From contig CP075495.1 in NCBI GenBank assembly GCA_021613535.1, positions 10,416,001 to 10,480,000 of the forward strand: a DNA stretch of 64,000 nucleotides, read 5' to 3'. The notes under the pieces were generated by a model. The model was not told the origin of the DNA and ran no database searches. It was given only the letters and a program-made list of their open reading frames with translations. This document shows, piece by piece, positions 54,712 to 64,000 of this stretch (position 1 is the stretch's first letter; every line of letters starts with the position of its first letter). The DNA comes from Adineta vaga (taxonomy: Eukaryota > Animalia > Rotifera). A program made the position numbers and the translations under genes.

Positions 54712-56163
54712 CTGATTGGTAAGTTATAGTTTTAGAAGTGAAATAGAAAAGAATAAAAGATAGATACATTTTACTATGCAAACAATCCTTCTCTTGCGAA
54801 TATCTAAGAATAGAAAAAGTCAAAATGTTTCTAGTGATGATGATGGAAATCGTTAAGAATATAAAAGCACATAATTAATGTTAACCTTAAAATGACTTTT
54901 CTATGGAATCGATGTAGGTTAATATTGTCTCGAGAAAAGAAAAAAAAAGATTCTATTGACATAAGCAGTTGTGTGCAACTAGAATTTGTATAGTTAACAC
55001 GTATGCCCGACAATGCTCTTATTCTTTATTGACTTCTAAATTAACAATTCTTGATATTTTTCCGTTAAATAAGTATGTCAATCTATATTTTACTCCTGAC
55101 ATTATTGCTTTTTCTTAAACAATTTCATATAAAAAACTTGTTCGTTTACAACCTGATAAATAGAGGTAATGCACTCCATATCATGATTTTTTCTGTGATA
55201 ACAAAACTTTATAGTTATAAAATCGTAAAGAATTAACAGAAAATTTTCACACAAGTCAATACTAGCAGGATATCGGAGCATCTGTCCTCCTTTTATTTCA
55301 AGATTAAAATGAATATTTTTTAGAGATAAAAACAAAATTGAGGTGATACGGTAAGGTTTCTTTTTTTTTATGATGGAAACATCATTTGCGTATGAATGGA
55401 AATAAATGAAAGAGAAATATTTTGCTTGATTGATTGATTGAATAAACATTCTATGTGATTCGTCTTAAAAAATTCGAATTCTCCAAGAACGATCTAAAAT
55501 ACTCTTTCAAATGGAATCAGTTTGTAAGTAATTTTCTTTTACGCTTTTTTATGGTATAAAAATTCTTATTTGTTCTTTTGAGTAGTACTTCTCTATTTTT
55601 GCCTGTAACATTGTTTAAAACTCCATTTATCTTTTCTAGTATATGAATATCTTTACGGACATAAGAAACTAATCTTCTATAAGTACGTAAAATTATCTTG
55701 AGTTGCATTAGATTATCGAAATGCTTGAGATTATTCGTTTATTCTATTTCATATGAAGCTATAAAATATTCAAATAGACGAGAATGAGTGATAGTTGAAG
55801 TCTGTGAACAAATTGATACTTACTGTTAGCAGCGATGTATATAACTGCATAGACGAATGAAACTAATTTTATATTTGATACTTCTTATCGAGAAAAAAAA
55901 TAAGATATCTGATTTATAGACAACAGACAGATCAAACATTGTAAAATGATCATCTATTGAAGTTGTAACAGTTCAGTTTAATAGTTCATAGTTACCTATA
56001 GATGGCTGATCTTGTTTTCATATCATCTAGTTCGAATATGTTTCAGATAGATATTTCCTTCAATAAACTCTCGAATTAAAGAAAAAAATATTGTTTCATC
56101 ATGAAAAATTTCTTCTGAAATTTATATTTTAGACGACGAAAAATAAAATTATAGATTTTCAAT

Positions 56164-58243
56164 ATGTTTTCATGGTTCTATAAATTATGTATTCCAAAAC
56201 TTATTCTTCGTCGATGTTTATTAAAACGATGGAATTTCCGATGGATTTCAATCTATTTTATGTTAATTAGTTTTTCAAGTTTAATATTTATTTATCCTCA
56301 ATCCAATAATCGTGTAACTTCAGTGACACTGTCAAACACTTCGGTTGTTGAAAATGAAATTATTCAGGTTGGTTCTTTACAACTTGATTCGATTAAGTTG
56401 AATAGATTCTTTTATCTGTTATATTTTAGTGTCGATTTCCACAATTAACTTCGAATAATATTGATTTAAATATTACTTTTCAAACGAGTCTATCACCGAC
56501 ATGTAAATCACAATTCCATCCAGTTATTCTAGAAGATCATCACCTACGATTGACTATTCCACAAATGGATTGTTTTGCAACGTTTTACTCAGGTGAAGGT
56601 GATCGGTCATATAAAAGAACTCAAATTCGATTAACTTATAATCAGACAACTTCCCTGTTAAGTGATTATTTTTCTCTACAATGTGATTCAATGAGAGGAA
56701 GAAATTCTCATCCGAGATTATCTTATGCATCGATACATTATAATGAACATGTTCATCAAAGACTTGCGCATGTAAAGAGAAAAGAAGATGATTTTAATGT
56801 ACTTGTTATTGGTCTTGATAGTGTATCAAGATTACAATTTGAACGAATGTTACCAGAAACATTTGATTATATGACAAAAGAATTGGATTCAATTATTTTG
56901 AAAGGTTTGTTAATAAAACTATCTTTAATTTTAGAACTATAGAATAAACAAACTCAATTGTCTTTTAAGGTTACAATATCTTAGGTGATGGTACACCGCA
57001 GCAACTGATTCCAATGTTAACTGGTTTTAAAGAAACGGAATTACCGACTACACTTCGTCGTTATCGTAATAGTTCATTTGTCGATATCTATCCGTTTGTA
57101 TGGAATCATTATCATCAACATGATTATGTAACTGGTTATGCTGAAGATCGTACTGAATATGGTATATGGACGCTTCGTTTAAAAGGTTTTCAAAAAACAC
57201 CAACGGATCACTATTTACCACCATTTTATCGAATACCGACAACAAGATCTTTAATCAGTAGGCGCAATGCTCATTGTATAGGTAATCAAACATCTATTGA
57301 TGTATTTCTTTCATATATAAATCAATTTTGGTCGTCCTATCCTAAATATAAGAAATTCTTTTTTGGATTTTTTAAACAATATACACATGATGGTTATACA
57401 AGTGGTACATTACTTGATCGTTCGTTATTAAAATTTCTACGAAATTTTTATCAAACTGATGAACACAAAAAAACTATTCTCATTCTAATGACTGATCATG
57501 GTGCGCGATTTTCTGCTATTCGACGAACACCACAAGGAAAACTTGAAGAACGTTTACCATTTATGAGTTTTACTTTTCCCAAATTATTTCGTCAAAAATA
57601 TCCTAAAGCTATTGAAAATCTTCAAAAAAATCTTCATCGTTTAACAACACCATTCGATATTCATTCGACTCTCCTATCGTTACTTGATATGAATCAAATG
57701 AATTATAATGAAGAACATCCTGTTCAACAACGTAATATATCTTTATTTCATATCATACCAGCACAACGAACTTGTGATGATCTTAATCTTGAGCCACATT
57801 GGTGTTCATGTTTACAATGGAAAACTATCAGTATAGCTGATAGAAATATTCAACAAGCAACAAAACATATTATTAGTTTTATTAATGCACAACTTGCACT
57901 TGTAGAAAATCATCTATGTCATCAACTCGAACTTCATTCAATTCATAGTGCACAAATGTATCGACCTAATCAAGCTCTTTTAAGATTTTCGAAATCATCC
58001 GATGTGGATGGTCGGATACCAAAATATGATGATAAGAAAACGGATATTGTATTCTATCAAATTACATTTGAAGCTAATCCAAGTAAAGGTATTTATGAAG
58101 CCACAACACAATATTCAACAAAATCAAGTAGTTACAATACAGATCTTGAACATATTAGTCGTCTTAATGCATATAAATCATCGGCATCATGTATTGAAAC
58201 AAGTTACTCGCATTTGAGAAAGTTTTGTCAATGTAATAACTAA
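56164..58243 (+). CDS. DUF229 family protein (alkaline phosphatase/sulfatase-like fold), type II membrane; 3 exons
   Basis: NVLVIGLDSVSRLQFERMLPET, GYNILGDGT, TGYAED, PTDHYLPPF, DHGARF, GKLEERLPF, RLTTPFDIHSTL, RTC..LNLEPHWCSC and terminal RKFCQC. Confidence 0.9.
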
Positions 58244-58339
58244 GTTTAGCTTTAATTTTCTTTATTGGTGATTTTCTTATTGTTAATATTATTTTATTGT
58301 CAGTCAGATATTTGAATAAAAAAGAATAAAAAAAATCAG

Positions 58340-59479
58340 TTAAAATTTAATTATATAAAATGATAAAAGTATCAAAGTAAACATTTTCATGTTCATAAAC
58401 ATTTGTTCACCTGAACTAGTCGTTGTTGCTGTCATCGTAGATGTTGCTCTCGTTGTCGAACTCGTTCCTCCATTTGTTGTTGTTGTTCCTGATGATGCTG
58501 ATGTACTTGAACGTGTAGTTGTCGATGAAGTGGGTCCACCAGAAGTAGTTGTTGATGAAGATGGTGTACTCGTACTACCAGGGTCAGGTAAACAAGTTAG
58601 ATCAGGATCGACAGTAATAGCATCTTTAAGTTGTTTAAATGTTGTAAAATTATTACAGTTATCACTAAGACAAGTAGCTTCCATCTGATAGAGAATAGTA
58701 GTTTTTGAACCAATATAATACATAATATTCATGTCAACTTGTGCTGGTTCTTTGGAAAGAATACAACCACTTGTAAAATGCCATCCACCATCACATTGGG
58801 ATGCGCCCATTGTTGAACTACGTACCGCAACAAAATTACAGCTATGTTGAGGACAAGCTGTAAATCCACAGTCAGAAATATCGGTCATAGTAGCATCTTC
58901 ATCAAGACATATGTTACATACATAACAACTACTATCAAGATCACCAGTTAATAATCGACTAAGTGTTTCATTGGGTATTCGCGCATTTAAAGCATTTGGT
59001 AAACGATTGACATTTTGTGGATCATTACAACCACTAGATATAGATATATGTATATATGAAAGAAAAGAGGATAAAAGAAAAATAAAATAATTCTTAGCAA
59101 AGTCAACTTACGGAGTATCACATCCATATGTTATAGGCCCATATTCCCAATCCCAATTTACGGCTACTGATGGATTTTGATAAACAGCTTCTTCACCATA
59201 AATAAAATATTTTTCAGCTGCATCCGATATAATAGGTTCACTACTGATATGACCAGCACGTACTGATCCGATGAAATTATCTTCTAATGGAATATTACGT
59301 ACTAGTAAACATGTACTATCCGATTGATTTGTTTGAGAACATGCTGGCAAACAGACATTATTTCCTGGAAATGTTGATACACAATCATAACATGAAAGAG
59401 CAGAAGTTGGATGATAGAAACAAACGAATAGTGATACTATAGTATACAATGAAATCATTGTATTGTATCTGGTAAACAT
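58340..59479 (-). CDS. Ly6/uPAR-like Cys-rich surface protein, two domains plus Ser/Thr stalk, probably GPI-anchored; 2 exons
   Basis: Signal peptide followed by ALSCYDC...CDTPGCN and a second CYVC...CLSDNCN domain. Then a mucin-like S/T stalk and hydrophobic C-terminus MFTLILLSFYIIKF. Confidence 0.75.
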
Positions 59480-60858
59480 AATTTTTTCAATAAGGAATGA
59501 AATCGAGTGTATGAAAGACTTTTTATTCGTATAGAATGATCATAAAAACCAGCATTGACAAGTAATCCAATAGTTGTATACTGTTATCAGTAAGTCAGAG
59601 CAACGCTAATAAAACAATCGAGAATATGTTTAATACTTGAAAGTTTCTTAGTTTCTAGTTTATAAAAGACATGAGTGTCAAGAAATCTTTTGCCTTTCAT
59701 AGCTTTATTTTGTATCGTTATCACAGCTGTTTTTATTAACAATTGACTGTAAATGAATCGAAAAAGTCATGTCTACTTTTATAATATTGTATCATGCATA
59801 TTCTTTATTCTGACTCAATCATAAGCTAATCGATATAATAATCGCTGCAAAATACAACAACAATAGTATACTTTCGCTATGGTTAACTTCATCGCCAATC
59901 TTTGTGTCAATAAAAATTATTCAAATTGAGAATCTTATTTCTCAACGATTAGTTTTACAAGCAAAGAAAGAATTCAATACACGAAAGAATATTAAAGCTT
60001 CATTAATAGAACCGTTTTCCTTCCGACTAATCGACTTATATAATATTGTACTGATAGAATAAAATTCTTATCAATAATTTGAGTACATTCTTGGAGACAG
60101 TATAGAACAAGACAAGAAAAGGAACTTATTTTTGGGCATTTCAATGAATCATTTCGAGTATATAGTCAATGATATCACATTTTAAATGTAATATATAATT
60201 TTTTTTGAATAATTTCACAAAATTTTTCATGATAGAGACGAAATCTTTGTTTTTCATGTGAGTTTTTCATTATAGATGTCGCTCGTGATATCTTCACTTC
60301 ATTTTGTTCATTAAAATATTAAAATAAATAAAATAATAATGAAAACAAATAATTATTTAATTAAAATTCATGAAAAACACGAATAATTTTCCAATTATTT
60401 TACTGGTAAAAATCAATGATTCTATTTTTCCAAGAAAAACAAAGCTAGCAATATACAATACAACTATATCATATGAAAAAAGAACCAATATGAATTGAAT
60501 AGTACTCAACCCATATTCTACGAGTAGTTGTTGATTAAATCGAACTCAATTCAAATAATTCTTTTTTGACTCACTCATGAGTTTATATTTATATCTCATA
60601 ATGCCTATGTACTTGATTCGAATGAACTTCCATATTTATCTCCCCGACATTTTTAATATAAATGTAAGAAAAATAGAATTTACGTTGCTTTTTTCTTTCT
60701 TTTAGATTGATATTATACATCTGAATTGTCGTGTGTGTGTGTGCGTGTGTGCAGACTCATACTTCACGGCTATAGACTTCGAAATTCAATGGCAGTGTGT
60801 GTTATTTAATAAATTATTTCCAAATTTTGTTTTCGTATTATTATATTTGGTTCAAAAC

Positions 60859-61909
60859 ATGCAATCATCGACGACAAATCATTATTTAACAGAAGATTCG
60901 AATGAGAATTATTTCTATGATGATAATGAAGAAAATCAAGAAGATAAACAGTTCTTGTTTCAATCACACGCAATGTTGAATGAACATGAAGAAGAGAAGA
61001 ATTATACTCTTGAAACAATCAATGGCTTGGGAAAAAAAAGTATAAAGATTTGATTCTAGCAAATGATATATTTGTTTTTAGATATGAAAAACGGTTTGAC
61101 CGGTTTGGAAATCAAAGGTCGAGTACGAACATTAAGTCCGGTTTTATTTTATCAAACGAATACTCAATATTTGATTATGTGTAATAATGAATTGAAATAT
61201 TTACCTCCAGGTAAATGTTTACTTCACAAAGCAATAGAGGCAAGTAATAAAATTTATCATCTGACATTTTAGAAATTGGTAATCTAGTCAATATTGTTTA
61301 TCTTGATCTGTCATTCAATCGATTGAAGACATTACCATCTCAAATTGGTTTGTACGATTTATCTTATCGTTTAGAACTACATTTAATTTCTTTTCTTGAA
61401 AACTTGAAAAAGTAACGTTTAGTAAAGATTTTCTTTTCTGTAGAAAAAGACAAAATGATGATTATTTAATATAATTTGAAGATAGCCATTTTTTTATGAA
61501 ACTGATTTTGATTTACTTTTCTTCTAGGAGATTTAATTCATCTGAAACGGCTTTATCTTGAATCTAATTGTCTAAAAAATCTTCCATATGAATTAGGCAA
61601 GCTGAATCTTGATGATCTCGGTAAAATCTTTTTCATTCTTTTATATATCTTCAGTTTTGTTTTTTGAAAAAAAAAAGGTTTAAGTAACAATCCACTTGGT
61701 GATCATATCTTAAGTTTATTTGCTCGACCTAATGGTGCACGTGAGGTCATGAATTATTTATATGAAAAATGGACTTTGATGTGTTCATATTCCAAATTAC
61801 CTTCATACAAAGTAAAATGATGAAGAAAATCTATTGATATTTTTTATTAATTATTATTGTTTAGACGACATTACCTTGGGATAATACAGAAACTGATTTA
61901 AATAATTAA
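60859..61909 (+). CDS. LRR-only paralog of the CCR4/CNOT6 N-terminal domain, no nuclease domain; 6 exons
   Basis: Exons 60859-~61039, 61082-61210, 61273-61347, 61528-61620, 61678-61811 and 61865-61909. They encode GLEIKGRVRTLSPVLF...[37 protein letters not shown]...LPYELGKL...GLSNNPL...PNGAREVMNYL, then a stop. Confidence 0.85.
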
Positions 61910-62301
61910 ATTTTGCTCAAAATTAATGCTTTCTCACGGTGCTACATAATTCAATACACACTGGAGTTATTTTTATTTTTTTTCTCTTCATCTTGTTTTG
62001 AAAAACAAAATCATACAATGGCCAATTTTTTTGCTGAAAATCAACAAAAGAAAAAGAAAACAAGATAGTACTTCACTAACAGTACTTCGATTCAATTTTC
62101 TCCGTTTTTTTTTCTATATTATAACATTAAAGAATGCAAAGATTTATTCTTTATGTTTTTTAGATATATTTACCTGCGAAAAAAGAACTTTATTTCAATA
62201 CGTAAGCATTCCATTCGCAATATCTGTTAACATCACACCGTATACTTCATTCTTCGGTTTTAGAATGGCATATTTATGAATTGTGAAGAAAAAGAATTTC
62301 A

Positions 62302-63532
62302 ATGCCTGGTGTTAATTTAAATTATGTAAGCTGATCTTTTTCGTCTTTAAAAGAAAAAATGGAAATATTAACTTTTCTTTCACTAAAATTTAGCATTCGT
62401 CGATTTCTGTTGATCAATCTTCAACATATAATCATTCTTCTCAACAATATCTTTATTCATCGATTCAATCACAATTTTATCCATATGAATCTCATTCACA
62501 ATTAACAAATTCTAGTGATCATCAAGAGAAATCGACTCAACGATCTCTCCCATTATCAACTAATTTGAAAAATACATCAATACAAAAAAAAACTGATTGT
62601 AAATCTTCTAAGAATTGTTTTTTTTCTTCCTCATCCAATCAAACGTGTAAATTTAGGGAATGAAATTGAAATAACTGGAAATGTTCGAAATCTTTCTCCA
62701 ACGTTATGGACATTATCTCAATTAACTGTTTTATATCTAAATGACAATCAACTAACGCGTCTACCATCGGAAATTGCTTGTTTAAATAATCTAGTCACAC
62801 TTGATTTATCAAACAACAAACTCAGAAATCTTCCCTCAGAAATCGGTAAGTTTCATTTGAAATGAATTGATGAAGAATATCGTTTATTTTTTTGAATGCA
62901 TATTTTCTTGTGTATAATATCTGTAACGAATGGCGGCAACGTCTCGTTTGCTTCACTGCATGTAAACGTCAGTTTTTATCATTCTTTTTTCTCGATATAC
63001 AAATCTGTCATGCATTATATTTTGACATTGTAAACACTGCCATCTGATTGTTTTGATTGATAGGTGATTTGATAACTTTACGTGAATTAAATTTAACAAA
63101 CAATTCAATTCGAAACTTACCATATGAAATTGGAAAATTATTTCGTTTACAAACCTTAGGTAATTAATTAGTTTTCATCAGAAAAATATATTAATTGAAA
63201 TGAAAATGATTCAATAGGTTTATTAGGAAATCCATTACCCAATGATATTCTTTCGATTTTTATGGAAACAAATGGTTTACACAAATTATTAACATATTTT
63301 CTGGATAATTATTCATCATCATTCAATGGTATTATAAATGAAAAACTGTTTTTTTTTCTTTTCCGATTGCCATGAGTTTACTTTTCTCTTCATCATCATC
63401 ATCATCATCATCATTTTCTTTTGTTCTCGCAATTGTAAAGTTTCAGAATATAGACTTGATTCTTACTACGTTCGTGAATTTCTCTTGTCAACATGGCATC
63501 AAACAAATGCAAACGAGAATTTCAATTCATCG
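62302..63532 (+). CDS. CNOT6: CCR4/CNOT6-like deadenylase subunit, 5' part (LRR domain); nuclease exons not seen in the window
   Basis: Spliced product KKTDWNEIEITGNVRNLSPTLWTLSQLTVLYLNDNQLTRLPSEIACLNNLVTLDLSNNKLRNLPSEIGDLITLRELNLTNNSIRNLPYEIGKLFRLQTLGLLGNPL...NGLHKLLTYFLDN is very close to recalled CNOT6 N-terminus. Confidence 0.85.
63390..63414. repeat. Intronic (CAT)n microsatellite
   Basis: catcatcat... run inside a CNOT6 intron. Confidence 0.85.
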
Positions 63533-64000
63533 GTAAGTTAATGATAAATATCGAATTCGTACTGGAGAAATAATAAAGAATATCTTGACCTCTTACTATT
63601 ATTGCTTGCTTAGTCAACGGTCATTGTTTCGTTCCGAGGGCTTCAATGTTTACTCATTTAGTTCGAATTGAAAGTGTTCACGTTGCAAACAAAGAAGACG
63701 ATTAATTTTCTCTTTTTCTTCTTCTTCTTCTTCTTTTGATCAAATAAATGAAGTTCTTCAAGAAATATTACTTATTCAAATGTATGATGAAAGACTATAT
63801 AATTAGAAGAAAAAAACAATTTTCCGTTTGTAACTACAGTTGAAATTGTACTCTTACATTTTCTTCGCGATTTGGCGATGTTTTTTAATTTTTCTTTGTA
63901 AGTATGCATGAAATTTTTTGCTTTGACAACTATCAATAGTAATGTTGTTATCAAGGTGTACAGAGGTAGCTTTTAGTGTATCGATTGTTTACATATAGTA

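Noticed and set aside
54830-56100. Short ORFs between the PRISE and DUF229 genes as a possible element
   Set aside because: No recognisable domain, terminal repeats or consistent exon chain; treated as intergenic.
58389-58688. Antisense or overlapping ORFs (this one, and 37997-38317, 50913-51230, 29274-29495)
   Set aside because: Shadow ORFs produced by codon bias and low-complexity coding on the opposite strand.
62867-63047. Possible C/D box snoRNA (TGATGA...CTGA) and miR-34 seed match ACACTGCCA
   Set aside because: The span is long, there is no terminal stem, and the D box is only about 16 nt from the acceptor. A seed match in an intron is probably chance.
1-64000. CRISPR arrays, prokaryotic operons, transposases/RT, rRNA and tRNA
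   Set aside because: None recognised. The sequence is intron-rich eukaryotic DNA without repeat-spacer arrays or mobile-element domains.

Overview
AT-rich, gene-dense eukaryotic genomic DNA with many short (about 45-70 nt) GT-AG introns. The mix of metazoan genes and foreign-looking enzyme genes suggests a bdelloid rotifer (Adineta/Rotaria type); this is inference. I assembled about 20 protein genes by hand: SLC25A46, an orphan, a two-finger zinc-finger protein, TUBGCP2, a BTG/Tob-family gene, a TSC22/bunched gene, CCZ1, CCDC113-like, RGS22-like, an intronless alpha/beta-hydrolase-like gene, a His-rich 2-TM orphan, a Pro-rich orphan, an adhesion GPCR, YIPF3, ANKRD11/12-like, a PRISE-type SDR, a DUF229 protein, a Ly6/uPAR-like protein, an LRR-only CCR4 paralog and the 5' part of CCR4/CNOT6. 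The main highlights are: (1) a tandem nuclease-less copy of the CAF1-binding LRR module of CCR4, sitting directly upstream of the CCR4/CNOT6-like gene (decoy or alternative module); (2) a CCZ1-TSC22 junction with no room for a promoter and an unpaired splice acceptor (operon, trans-splicing or nested gene); (3) two horizontal-transfer candidates; (4) a likely internal promoter and a 21-nt microexon in ANKRD11/12; (5) an isolated 79-nt intergenic hairpin; (6) two -1 frameshifts that may be assembly errors. I recognised no rRNA, tRNA, CRISPR array or intact transposon. All family calls come from recalled motifs, not database searches.
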